The notes under the pieces were generated by a model. It was given only the letters and a program-made list of their open reading frames with translations, did not search any database and was not told where the DNA came from. From Spirochaetia bacterium (lineage in GTDB: Bacteria; Spirochaetota; Spirochaetia; JABMQR01): DNA of 43,374 nucleotides. The translations under genes were made by a program, and so were the position numbers. Each line of letters opens with the position of its first letter. Positions within the stretch are counted from its first letter, which is position 1. Positions 17,056 to 26,161 of this stretch are shown piece after piece. The stretch lies in contig JADHUD010000001.1 in NCBI GenBank assembly GCA_016784705.1, positions 1-43,374 on the forward strand, read 5' to 3'.

Positions 17056-17928
17056 ATGATAGCTAAAAGAACCTACGTTAATGAACATACCAATACAGAA
17101 GATGATAATATTCTTTCAATGTATTTAAAAGAAATAAATAAAATCTCACTACTCACTAGAGAAGAAGAGGTAGAAATAGCAACAAAAGCAGCTTCAGGAA
17201 ATGAAGCGGCAAAAAAGAGACTAATCGAATCCAATTTAAGATTTGTTGTTAATGTTGCAAAGAAATACCAGAATCAGGGGCTGCCGTTGATAGATTTAAT
17301 AAATGAAGGAAATATCGGCCTCATGAACGCTATTGACAGATTTGATGTTGATAAAGGCTACCATTTTATTTCTTACGCAGTCTGGTGGATAAGACAGGCT
17401 ATTTTAAAGGCGATCTGTGAAAAATCCAGAGCAATAAGACTACCTTTGAATCGTGCAAATGAACTTATTCAGATTCAAAAGGCACAAAAAGAGTTAACTT
17501 CTATGAATATGGAAGAACCTGATCTTTATTCGATTGCTCAAATGACACAGCTTGATGAAGGGCATATAGCTGATTTGTTAAGTATCTCACGGGATATGGT
17601 ATCTTTAGAAACCCCTGTATTTACTGATAATAATAATTCAGAGCTGGGAGATTTTATTGAAGATTCCGATTACACATCCCCGGAAGAAAGTTTAGTTGAA
17701 AATGCTATGCGCGATGATATTAATACTGTCCTGAATACATTAAGTATCAAAGAATCTGAGATTATTGAGTACCGTTTTGGACTTAATGGGCGTCATGCAA
17801 TGTCACTAAAAGAGATAGGAGATATCTACAACCTTACAAAAGAACGAATTCGACAAATCGAGAAGAAGGCTCTTGAAAGATTGCGACATCCTTCAAGAAG
17901 CAAATATCTTGAGGCTTATTCTGCTTAA
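17056..17928 (+). CDS. Sigma-70-family alternative sigma factor (short group-2, RpoS-like)
   Basis: Region 2 (LRFVVNVAKKY..LIDLINEGNIGLMNAIDRFD..YHFISYAVWWIRQAI) and region 4.2 (SLKEIGDIYNLTKERIRQIEKKALERLRH). There is no long region 1.1 or spacer. Start set at the ATG at 17056, 6 nt after AGGAGG. The track starts at 17017. Confidence 0.88.
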   Translation: MIAKRTYVNEHTNTEDDNILSMYLKEINKISLLTREEEVEIATKAASGNEAAKKRLIESNLRFVVNVAKKYQNQGLPLIDLINEGNIGLMNAIDRFDVDKGYHFISYAVWWIRQAILKAICEKSRAIRLPLNRANELIQIQKAQKELTSMNMEEPDLYSIAQMTQLDEGHIADLLSISRDMVSLETPVFTDNNNSELGDFIEDSDYTSPEESLVENAMRDDINTVLNTLSIKESEIIEYRFGLNGRHAMSLKEIGDIYNLTKERIRQIEKKALERLRHPSRSKYLEAYSA

Positions 17929-17960
17929 TTCCATTAAATTACTTGAATTTACCATTTTTT

Positions 17961-18002
17961 GAGCTTGATATGTTTTTATTGACATATTGAGCTCTTTTTT
18001 TT
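17961..18002 (+). terminator. Rho-independent terminator of the sigma-factor gene
   Basis: 12-bp stem GAGCUUGAUAUG / CAUAUUGAGCUC (two G-U pairs), a 10-nt loop, then a run of about eight U. Confidence 0.8.
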
Positions 18003-18119
18003 ACTTTCAAATTGTACCATAATTGCTGATATTCGTTTACAAAAAATATATAAGAATATAGACTGAAGCGAAAACAGTAGGAAAATTGTATTATACATAT
18101 AGATGGAGGAATCTTATTA

Positions 18120-20816
18120 ATGTCAAAAAACAAGTATGTTTATTTTTTCGGTAAAAAAGAGACTGAAGGAAACGCTGGAATGAAAGATCTTCTCGGCGGT
18201 AAAGGGGCGAATCTTGCTGAAATGACCAGTATTGGTCTCCCTGTGCCTCCGGGATTTACTATTAGCACTGAGGCTTGTGCTTATTTTTCAGAAAATGATG
18301 GGAAATATCCTGCCAGTATGAAAGAACAAGTTTTGGAAAACTTGAGAAAACTTGAAAAAGAAATGGGGGCAAAGTTAGGAGATTCTGAAAACCCTCTGCT
18401 TGTATCTGTTCGTTCAGGTGCTGCTCAGTCCATGCCTGGAATGATGGATACAGTACTTAATCTTGGGATGAGTCCAGCGGCAGTTAAGGGCGTAATTAAA
18501 AAATCCGGAAATGAAAGATTTGCATGGGACAGTTACAGAAGATTTATGCAGATGTTTGGTGATGTTGTCATGGGCGTATCTCATCACAGCTTTGAGGAAG
18601 CCCTGCAGTCGGTCAAAGATCTGGTTGGAACTGAATTTGACACAGATCTTGGTGTTGAAGATTTGAAGCTTGTAATTCAGAAATACCGTGATGTATACAA
18701 AGCAGCGACTGGAGAAGAATTTCCTACAGACCCATTGGAGCAGTTATTTAAATCAATTGATGCTGTTTTTGGTTCATGGGACAATGACAGAGCTAAAAAA
18801 TATCGACAAATGAATGATATCAGAGGTCTTCTTGGAACTGCAGTAAATGTACAGGCAATGGTTTTCGGTAATATGGGAAACACTTCCGGTACCGGTGTGG
18901 CTTTCACCAGAGATCCCTCTACAGGTGAAAATAAATTCTATGGTGAATATCTCATGAATGCTCAGGGAGAAGATGTCGTAGCTGGAATTCGAACTCCGCT
19001 TACTATTGATACTTTGAAAGATGAAAATGAAGAAGTGTACAATCAGCTTGTCAGTATTCGTGGTATTCTCGAAAAACACTATAAAGATATGCAGGATCTT
19101 GAATTTACTATTCAGGAAGGAAAGCTCTACATGCTGCAAACCCGAACAGGTAAGCGAACAATTTTCAGCTGGTTAAAGACCCAGGTGGAGATGGTAAATG
19201 AGGGGTTGATTGATAAGAAAACAGCTGTCAGCCGAGTACCTGCAAATGAATTCGGCAAGTTGTTCGCACCAATTCTTGACCCAAAAGACATTGCAGCGAA
19301 AGGTGTTACAGAAGTTGCAAAAGGACTGAATGCTAGTCCTGGTGGAGCCAGTGGTATCGCAGTCTTTACTGCTCATGAAGCTGAAGAATTTGCTGCTCAG
19401 GGCAAAGATGTTATTTTGGTTCGCATTGAAACAAGCCCTGAAGATATTGGTGGAATGGCTGTTGCCAAAGGTGTATTAACTGCAAGAGGCGGTATGACAA
19501 GCCATGCTGCAGTTGTAGCACGTGGTATGGGATGTCCCTGTGTTTCCGGTGCCGGAGATTTGAAGATCAATTATAAAGCAAAATTGATGAACGTTGGTGG
19601 ATTAACGATCAATCAGGGTGATTATATCTCAATTGACGGATTTACGGGACAAATTTATGCTTCAGAGATTGCAGTAAAACCTTCTGAGATTGTCCAGGTT
19701 CTCAATGGTGAGATGCAGGAAGATGACTCGGACTTATTTAAAGATTACAATACGTTTATGTCTTATGCTGATGAATTGAGAAAGTTGAAAATTCGTACAA
19801 ATGCTGATACTCCGGCCGATACAGAAATGGCTGTTAAATTTGGCGCAGAAGGTATCGGACTTTGCCGAACTGAACACATGTTTTTTGAAGGTGATAGAAT
19901 AATTTCTATCAGAAAAATGATTCTCGCAAAGAATATTGAAGAGAGAGAGCAGGCATTGCTTGAGCTTCTCCCCATGCAGAGAGAAGATTTTGAAGGGATA
20001 TATAAAGCTTTAGCCGGACGCCCGGCTACTGTCAGACTGCTGGATCCGCCTCTGCATGAATTCCTTCCTCATGAAGAAGAGAATATTCAGGAAATGGCTG
20101 ATCAGCTCTCTGTCCCTTATGATGAAGTTGTAGCAAAAGTTGAAGCACTGCATGAATTTAATCCTATGCTGGGATTCAGAGGCTGCCGGCTTGCAGTTGT
20201 ATACCCTGAGATTCTTAAAATACAGGTCAGGGCGATTATTGAAGCCGCCATGAATGTAGCTGATGCCGGTATACCTGTATTCCCGGAAATTATGATTCCA
20301 CTTGTTGGAAATGTAAAAGAACTGGATTACTGTAAAAAAGATGCACTGGAAACAATAGAGGCTATTTTTGCTGAACGTGGAAAAACCATTGAGTACAAAA
20401 TCGGTACTATGATAGAAGTTCCCAGAGCGGCATTAACTGCCGATGAAATTGCTGAATCTGCTGAATTTTTCAGTTTTGGTACAAATGACCTTACACAGAT
20501 GACTTGCGGATTCAGCCGTGATGATTCTGCAAGCTTTTTGGTACCGTATGTCGAAGATACAGATAAACAGTTTTATGAATATGATCCTTTTGAGGTTCTT
20601 GACCAGAGTGGTGTTGGAAAATTAGTTATTATGGCTGCTGAGCTTGGACGAAAAACCAGACCTGATATCAAACTGGGAATCTGCGGAGAACATGGAGGAG
20701 ATCCCAAAACCATAGATTTTTGTGCAGGAATTGGTCTTGATTATGTTAGTTGTTCACCTTTTAGAGTACCGATTGCCAGACTTGCGGCTGCACAGGCAAG
20801 CATCAGGAGAATGTAG
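18120..20816 (+). CDS. ppdK: Pyruvate, phosphate dikinase
   Basis: 898 aa with N-terminal GGKGANLAEM, phospho-histidine motif GGMTSHAAVVARGMG, and a C-terminal PEP-utilising domain (GLCRTEHMF, FFSFGTNDLTQ). Confidence 0.95.
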   Translation: MSKNKYVYFFGKKETEGNAGMKDLLGGKGANLAEMTSIGLPVPPGFTISTEACAYFSENDGKYPASMKEQVLENLRKLEKEMGAKLGDSENPLLVSVRSGAAQSMPGMMDTVLNLGMSPAAVKGVIKKSGNERFAWDSYRRFMQMFGDVVMGVSHHSFEEALQSVKDLVGTEFDTDLGVEDLKLVIQKYRDVYKAATGEEFPTDPLEQLFKSIDAVFGSWDNDRAKKYRQMNDIRGLLGTAVNVQAMVFGNMGNTSGTGVAFTRDPSTGENKFYGEYLMNAQGEDVVAGIRTPLTIDTLKDENEEVYNQLVSIRGILEKHYKDMQDLEFTIQEGKLYMLQTRTGKRTIFSWLKTQVEMVNEGLIDKKTAVSRVPANEFGKLFAPILDPKDIAAKGVTEVAKGLNASPGGASGIAVFTAHEAEEFAAQGKDVILVRIETSPEDIGGMAVAKGVLTARGGMTSHAAVVARGMGCPCVSGAGDLKINYKAKLMNVGGLTINQGDYISIDGFTGQIYASEIAVKPSEIVQVLNGEMQEDDSDLFKDYNTFMSYADELRKLKIRTNADTPADTEMAVKFGAEGIGLCRTEHMFFEGDRIISIRKMILAKNIEEREQALLELLPMQREDFEGIYKALAGRPATVRLLDPPLHEFLPHEEENIQEMADQLSVPYDEVVAKVEALHEFNPMLGFRGCRLAVVYPEILKIQVRAIIEAAMNVADAGIPVFPEIMIPLVGNVKELDYCKKDALETIEAIFAERGKTIEYKIGTMIEVPRAALTADEIAESAEFFSFGTNDLTQMTCGFSRDDSASFLVPYVEDTDKQFYEYDPFEVLDQSGVGKLVIMAAELGRKTRPDIKLGICGEHGGDPKTIDFCAGIGLDYVSCSPFRVPIARLAAAQASIRRM

Positions 20817-20837
20817 CTCTGAGAAAGAACTTTACGT

Positions 20838-20874
20838 AAAAAAGCTGCCGTTGCATAAGAACGGCAGCTTTTTT
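20838..20874. terminator. Bidirectional rho-independent terminator (ppdK and tRNA-Thr)
   Basis: Stem AGCTGCCGTT (20843-20852) / AACGGCAGCT (20860-20869) with a 7-nt loop, an A-run on the left and a T-run on the right. Confidence 0.8.
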
Positions 20875-20887
20875 AAGCGTTTTATTG

Positions 20888-20959
20888 AGCCAAAGATGGG
20901 AATTGAACCCGCGACCTACGCTTTACGAGAGCGTTGCTCTACCCCTGAGCTACTTTGGC
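20888..20959 (-). tRNA. tRNA-Thr (anticodon CGU)
   Basis: Minus strand reads GCCAAAGUAGCUCAGGGGUAGAGC..ACGCU-CUCGUAA-AGCGU..UUCAAUU..CUUUGGC-U. Cloverleaf with a 7-bp acceptor stem. There is one C/A mismatch in the T stem and no encoded CCA. Confidence 0.85.
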
Positions 20960-21076
20960 ACGACACAAATTTAGAGAAATTATACTTAAAATGCAACCCC
21001 TTAAAAGCAGTTTTGAGATTTACCTAGCGAAAAAAAGAGTCTATTCTTTGAACATCAGTATTGACCAAATGCATTT

Positions 21077-21343
21077 TTGTATTTAGTTTTAGTTTTCTGG
21101 CAAAATAAGAATAATTTGACTGTTATTGGAAATGAGGAGCTGAATCTGGAAAATAAACTTAATCTTAAACAAGAAGAATTTACTGAAAAACAAGCTGAAA
21201 GTTTACATAAAGCAAGAAAAACACCTCTTACAACAGGAATTTTATGGACTGATTCTGTAGCTGAATATTTTTTGGAAGTGTATCCGGATTTGTTTGAAGA
21301 AGGAATGACACTTGCAGAAATATTTCACTTTATGTATGGATAA
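21077..21343 (+). CDS. Doubtful small ORF (88 codons) upstream of tsaD
   Basis: The open frame ends 5 nt before the tsaD ATG. It has no in-frame ATG near the 5' end (only TTG/CTG candidates), no clear SD and no recognisable family. Confidence 0.3.
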   Translation: MYLVLVFWQNKNNLTVIGNEELNLENKLNLKQEEFTEKQAESLHKARKTPLTTGILWTDSVAEYFLEVYPDLFEEGMTLAEIFHFMYG

Positions 21344-21348
21344 ACTGT

Positions 21349-22383
21349 ATGGTAGTTCTGGGTATTGAAACATCTTGTGATGAATGTGCAGCAGCAATAG
21401 TTGTAGACGGTAAAACAATACTCAGCAATATCATAGCCTCACAAATTGAAATTCATCAACCCTTTCAGGGAGTTGTTCCAGAACTGGCTTCTAGACTCCA
21501 TACTGAGTGGATTTCAAAAGTAGTTGATGAAGCTGTAACTGAAGCAGAGATACAACTTCATCAAATAGATGGAATAGCGGTAACAAACAGGCCAGGCCTT
21601 TCCGGTTCTTTACTGGTTGGTTTGAACTATGCAAAGGGACTCTCTGCTTCTTTAGGCAAACCATTTATAGGTATCGATCATGTACGTGCCCATCTCTATG
21701 CTCCTCATCTGGAGAATGAATTTGAATATCCGTATTTAGGTTTACTTTTATCCGGCGGGCATACAATTATCTGTATCGTTAAGGGATTCAACGAAATTGA
21801 TGTGTTAGGAACAACTATAGATGATGCTATAGGTGAAGCTTTTGATAAAGTTTCAAAATACTATAATTTAGGATACCCGGGAGGTGCTGCAATAGATAAG
21901 CTGGCACAGAAAGGAAATCCGGATGCGTTTAAATTTCCAAATCCACGTTTGAAAACTATATATAAAAAGTATGATGTTTCCTATTCAGGTTTGAAAACTG
22001 CAGTTATCAATCAATTGGATAAATTCTGGAATGGGAAAGATGAGAAAAACTTTGAAAATATTGCAGCCTCATTTCAGAAAGCGGCTATTTCACTATTTAT
22101 GAAACGTGTTAATATGGCTTTACAGGACACAGGACTTACAAGAGTTGCTGTTGGAGGTGGTGTAGCCGCCAACTCATTATTTCGGGATTCTTTAACAAAA
22201 AAAGCTCAGAAGGAGGGGGTTGATGTTTATTTCCCCTCTCATCAGCTTTGTACTGATAATGGTGCTATGATAGCCGGATTAGGATATCATTATTTAAAAG
22301 AGGGAGAATATTCAGACTATTCTCTTACTGTTTCTGCTCGAGTATCGGCATTTAAATCTTCAGTTTGGAAAAAAAACATTTAG
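21349..22383 (+). CDS. tsaD: tRNA N6-adenosine threonylcarbamoyltransferase (TsaD/Kae1/Gcp)
   Basis: MVVLGIETSCDECAAAIV N-terminus, a His pair in IDHVRAHL, GGHT, and C-terminal GGGVAAN and CTDNGAMIA motifs. Confidence 0.93.
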   Translation: MVVLGIETSCDECAAAIVVDGKTILSNIIASQIEIHQPFQGVVPELASRLHTEWISKVVDEAVTEAEIQLHQIDGIAVTNRPGLSGSLLVGLNYAKGLSASLGKPFIGIDHVRAHLYAPHLENEFEYPYLGLLLSGGHTIICIVKGFNEIDVLGTTIDDAIGEAFDKVSKYYNLGYPGGAAIDKLAQKGNPDAFKFPNPRLKTIYKKYDVSYSGLKTAVINQLDKFWNGKDEKNFENIAASFQKAAISLFMKRVNMALQDTGLTRVAVGGGVAANSLFRDSLTKKAQKEGVDVYFPSHQLCTDNGAMIAGLGYHYLKEGEYSDYSLTVSARVSAFKSSVWKKNI

Positions 22384-22391
22384 GGAAGAAT

Positions 22392-22925
22392 ATGGAAAAA
22401 AATAAATTTCTGGACAGTTCAATAAGAAAAATTAAAGACTTTCCGCATAAAGGAATTCTTTTTTATGATATAACCAGTATTTTACAAAATCCTGCTGCAT
22501 TTACCTATTGTATCGATGAAATGGTTAAGCTCTATAAAGATGCCGGATTAGATTCGGTAGCATGCATAGAAGCCCGCGGGTTTTTATTCGCAGCCCCATT
22601 TGCATTAAAGATGAAGCTGCCATTGATCCTTATTCGGAAAAAAGGAAAATTACCCGGTGAGACATTGGAAAAAAGTTTTACTTTGGAATATGGAGAGGAT
22701 ACTATTCAGATTCATAAAGATGATGTAAAAGCAGGAGATAAAGTATTAGTAATTGATGATTTAATTGCAACTGGCGGTACTGTTAAGGCTTCACTGGAAC
22801 TTCTGAATGAAGCTGGAGCATCAGCAAATGATGTATTTTGTGTTATTGGATTACCGTTTTTGCAATATGAAGAATTACTATCAGAATATAGGGTAAAAAC
22901 TTTAATTAATTATGATAGTGAATAG
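22392..22925 (+). CDS. apt: Adenine phosphoribosyltransferase
   Basis: FPHKGILFYDITSIL, EARGFLF, and the PRPP loop VLVIDDLIATGGT. Start set at the ATG at 22392 after GGGAAG. The track starts at TTG 22365. Confidence 0.9.
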   Translation: MEKNKFLDSSIRKIKDFPHKGILFYDITSILQNPAAFTYCIDEMVKLYKDAGLDSVACIEARGFLFAAPFALKMKLPLILIRKKGKLPGETLEKSFTLEYGEDTIQIHKDDVKAGDKVLVIDDLIATGGTVKASLELLNEAGASANDVFCVIGLPFLQYEELLSEYRVKTLINYDSE

Positions 22926-22956
22926 ATTCTCTATCAAGTAAGTTTTTTTAACGATA

Positions 22957-22985
22957 TTGACAAAATCATATGGTTTTAGTACATT
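22957..22985 (+). promoter_or_regulatory. Putative sigma-70 promoter of the tRNA-Gln/tRNA-Glu pair
   Basis: TTGACA (22957-22962), a 17-nt spacer, then TACATT (22980-22985), ~17 nt upstream of the tRNA-Gln 5' end. Confidence 0.55.
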
Positions 22986-23002
22986 AGCGCAGTACTGATA
23001 AA

Positions 23003-23073
23003 TGGCCGATAGTGTAATGGTAGCACCGCAGATTCTGGTTCTGCTCGTGAGGGTTCAAATCCTTCTCGGCCAG
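23003..23073 (+). tRNA. tRNA-Gln (anticodon CUG)
   Basis: UGGCCGA acceptor stem pairing with UCGGCCA, anticodon arm GCAGA-UUCUGGU-UCUGC, T loop UUCAAAU, discriminator G. No encoded CCA. Confidence 0.88.
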
Positions 23074-23085
23074 CTTTTTAATAAT

Positions 23086-23157
23086 GGTCCCTTCGTCTAT
23101 CGGCTAGGATGGAAGATTCTCAGTCTTCAGAGAGGGGTTCGATTCCCCTAGGGACTA
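23086..23157 (+). tRNA. tRNA-Glu (anticodon CUC)
   Basis: GGUCCCUUCGUCUA... resembles bacterial tRNA-Glu. Anticodon arm GAAGA-UUCUCAG-UCUUC, T arm AGGGG-UUCGAUU-CCCCU. The acceptor stem closes with a G1/U72 wobble. No encoded CCA. Confidence 0.85.
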
Positions 23158-23160
23158 TTT

Positions 23161-23191
23161 AGCCAGCCTTTCTTTGGGGCTGGTTTTTTTT
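23161..23191 (+). terminator. Rho-independent terminator after the tRNA pair
   Basis: Stem CCAGCC / GGCUGG (23163-23168 and 23178-23183) followed by a run of eight T. Confidence 0.7.
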
Positions 23192-23232
23192 GGCAATTTT
23201 CACAATCGACTATATAAGAGGCTAATTATTAA

Positions 23233-24870
23233 ATGATTACTGCAAGTAATATTTCTCTCGCTTTTGGAAACCAAGTACTATTTAAAAATGTAAATATTAA
23301 ATTTACTCCAGGAAACTGTTACGGTTTAATTGGAGCAAATGGTTCAGGAAAATCAACATTTCTTAAAATACTGTCTGGTGAACTCGAACAGGATACTGGA
23401 GAGGTGATTATTACTCCAGGTGAACGGCTCACAGTTCTTCAACAGGATCATTTTGCTTTTGATGCCTATACCATTATGGATACGGTAATTATGGGTCATG
23501 CTGAACTTTTTAGAATTATGAAAGAACGTGATCTGATATATATGAAAGAAGATTTTACAGAAGAAGATGGGCTGAGGGCAGGTGAGTTGGAAGCCGTTTT
23601 TTCTGAAATGGGAGGCTGGGAGGCTGAATCTCAAGTAGCAACAATGCTTTCCGGATTGGGAATCGATGAGAATACCCAAATAAAGTTAATGTCCGAAATA
23701 GATGACGTAATAAAAGTTCGTGTATTACTTGCTCAGGCTTTATTTGGTAATCCCGATATTCTGCTTTTAGATGAACCGACAAACCACCTTGACCTTGAGT
23801 CTATCAACTGGCTTGAAGATTTTTTGAGTAACTTTAAAAATACAGTGATCGTGGTTTCCCATGACAGACACTTTTTAAACAGAGTTTGCACTCATACAGC
23901 AGATATAGATTATGGAAAAATTCAACTTTTTGTAGGGAATTATGATTTTTGGTATATGTCAAGCCAGTTAGCGGCAAGACAGCTTAAGGATCAGAAAAAA
24001 AGAAGAGAAGATAAAATTTCTGAGTTAAAAGAGTTTATTCAGAGATTTAGTTCTAATGCGTCTAAAGCACGGCAGGCTACCAGTAGAAAAAAACTCATTG
24101 ATAAACTTACACTTGATGATATAAAACCCTCTTCAAGACGTTTTCCGTATGTCAGTTTCAAACCTGAAAGAGAGTGCGGGAAAGTTATTCTTGAAGTCAG
24201 GGATCTCACAAAAGTTGTTGATGGTGAAAAAGTATTGGATAATGTATCATTTACTGTGGATAAGGATGACAAAATTGCATTTGTCGGCCCAAATCATATA
24301 GCTAAAACTACACTTTTTCAGATTCTGAGTGGAGATCTGGAACCTGATTCAGGCACTTTCAGCTGGGGTGTAACAATTTCCTGCAGTACATTCAGAAAAG
24401 ATAATAGTGATGAGTTTGAACAAGGATACTCAATTACCGATTGGCTGCGTCAATTTTCTGAAGAAAAGGACGATACATATATACGTAGTTTTTTGGGAAG
24501 AATGCTATTTTCCGGGGATGATGCACTTAAAAGCACCAGAGTATTATCAGGTGGTGAAAAAGTACGATGTATGCTCTCAAAAATGATGTTATCCGGATCA
24601 AATGTGCTGATTTTCGATGAACCAACCAGTCACCTTGATCTTGAAGCTATAACTTCTTTAAATAACGGACTTATTGATTTTACCGGTGTTTTATTGTTTT
24701 CAAGTCACGACCATCAATTTGTGGATTCTATAGCCAATAGAATTATTGAGTTTACCCCGGGAGGTATTCTTGACAGGAGAATGCAGTTTGATGATTATTT
24801 GGTTGATGAGGACATTAGAGCTCTTCGTGATGCTCTCTATGTCGGCGAACACAAAAGATTAACCATTTAG
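23233..24870 (+). CDS. ABC-F family ATPase (YbiT-like, two NBDs, no membrane domain)
   Basis: Two ATP-binding cassettes (GANGSGKST .. LLLDEPTNHLD, and GPNHIAKTT .. LSGGEKVR .. LIFDEPTSHLD) joined by a basic linker (KDQKKRREDKISELKEFIQRF). Confidence 0.9.
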   Translation: MITASNISLAFGNQVLFKNVNIKFTPGNCYGLIGANGSGKSTFLKILSGELEQDTGEVIITPGERLTVLQQDHFAFDAYTIMDTVIMGHAELFRIMKERDLIYMKEDFTEEDGLRAGELEAVFSEMGGWEAESQVATMLSGLGIDENTQIKLMSEIDDVIKVRVLLAQALFGNPDILLLDEPTNHLDLESINWLEDFLSNFKNTVIVVSHDRHFLNRVCTHTADIDYGKIQLFVGNYDFWYMSSQLAARQLKDQKKRREDKISELKEFIQRFSSNASKARQATSRKKLIDKLTLDDIKPSSRRFPYVSFKPERECGKVILEVRDLTKVVDGEKVLDNVSFTVDKDDKIAFVGPNHIAKTTLFQILSGDLEPDSGTFSWGVTISCSTFRKDNSDEFEQGYSITDWLRQFSEEKDDTYIRSFLGRMLFSGDDALKSTRVLSGGEKVRCMLSKMMLSGSNVLIFDEPTSHLDLEAITSLNNGLIDFTGVLLFSSHDHQFVDSIANRIIEFTPGGILDRRMQFDDYLVDEDIRALRDALYVGEHKRLTI

Positions 24871-24933
24871 CAGGGGTCGTTAATCTGCAATGGTTTCACA
24901 AATTTTACGAGGATTTAAGCATTCTTTTTAAAA

Positions 24934-26151
24934 TTAAAAGCTGAATTTTCCTTTATGCATGAGCTGTACTGTTCCACCATCTCTCAGCTTTGCCGTTACG
25001 GAAATTCCAGGTGAGCCTATCATAAAATCTACATGAGTTACAGATGTGTTGCAGCCGTTTTCCAGTAGATCGTTGTCAGAATTTAAATCTGCATGGTTGC
25101 TGAGGCAGGAAGGGTAACCTGCACCAAAAGCAATATGACTGGAGGCATTCTCATCATATAGCGTTGAATCAAAAATAACATCAACTTCTGATATAGGTGA
25201 AGTTTCATCTACCAATGCTATTTCACCAAGACGTTTTGCCCCTTCATCAATGGAAAAAAACTTTTCCAGAATATCTTCTCCCTGTTCAGCAGAGAACCGT
25301 GTAACTACGCCATCTTCAATAAATATTTTTGCATTTACAACTTGTTTCCCTAATACATTTACCGGGCGTGTTGTTGAGACAAATCCGTTGACTCCTCTGA
25401 AATCGGGAACAGTAAATATTTCCTCCGTAGGGATATTGGGGAAAAATTCCCTACCGTCAGACAATATATCTGAACCTCCGATCCATACAGCGGACTGCAT
25501 CAGTTTAATTGTGAGATCTGTCCCGGAATCAGAAAGATGCAGTTCATCTATTTTCAGATCATTTAAATAACTGCAGCGTTTTTTCAGGAGTTTACCAAAA
25601 GTTTTCCACTTTGCAGCGGCATTCCCACTACCCAACTTAAGAATTGGTATAAGAATTTCCCACAAATCATTTTCTGCTGCACTTTCACCGAGAATATCTT
25701 TTGCCCAATTCTTACCAGGTGCGCAAATAACGCACCAGGCATGTTCATGCCGCATTAAAGATGTATAAAAATCAGATAATTTTTTTCTGACTGTTGTTTG
25801 GTGAATTGCAAGTCTATCGGAGTCTGAATCTGCAAGTTCATTACGATCTTCTGTATTATCAATTCTGATATATGCCCAATCATCACGTATATATTCTGTG
25901 TGCTGATTTATAATAAAATCAGGCAGCTTAGCTAATTGTTCAGTAATTTGATTATTAATTCGGGTTTTAATAAGTTTTTGGTCGTGTATTTCAATATGCA
26001 CATAACCAGCACCAAGCTTGTATGCCGTTTCTGCGAGCATTTGAGCAAAATAGTAGGTGCCCGGTCCAGTTTTTATACAGACATTCTGACTTGTTTTAAG
26101 ATTAATACCGGTTTTAATGACTAATTCAGCATATTCTTCCAGATATTTCAT
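24934..26151 (-). CDS. Aminopeptidase, M29 family (AmpS/PepS-like)
   Basis: 405 aa. The N-terminus MKYLEEYAELVIKTGINLK..Q.V.I and the overall layout are typical of thermophilic-metalloprotease M29 aminopeptidases. An AGGAG RBS overlaps the stop of the upstream ParB-like ORF. Confidence 0.8.
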   Translation of the reverse strand: MKYLEEYAELVIKTGINLKTSQNVCIKTGPGTYYFAQMLAETAYKLGAGYVHIEIHDQKLIKTRINNQITEQLAKLPDFIINQHTEYIRDDWAYIRIDNTEDRNELADSDSDRLAIHQTTVRKKLSDFYTSLMRHEHAWCVICAPGKNWAKDILGESAAENDLWEILIPILKLGSGNAAAKWKTFGKLLKKRCSYLNDLKIDELHLSDSGTDLTIKLMQSAVWIGGSDILSDGREFFPNIPTEEIFTVPDFRGVNGFVSTTRPVNVLGKQVVNAKIFIEDGVVTRFSAEQGEDILEKFFSIDEGAKRLGEIALVDETSPISEVDVIFDSTLYDENASSHIAFGAGYPSCLSNHADLNSDNDLLENGCNTSVTHVDFMIGSPGISVTAKLRDGGTVQLMHKGKFSF

Positions 26152-26161
26152 GTGCTATCTC

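Noticed and set aside
18012-18027. A sigma-54-like sequence TTGTACCATAATTGCT upstream of ppdK.
   Set aside because: The essential -24 GG dinucleotide is GT here, so I did not call it a -24/-12 promoter.
20722-21027. A 101-aa plus-strand ORF from the track.
   Set aside because: It spans the ppdK 3' end, a terminator hairpin and the antisense strand of tRNA-Thr. It is an artefact of open frame across RNA features.
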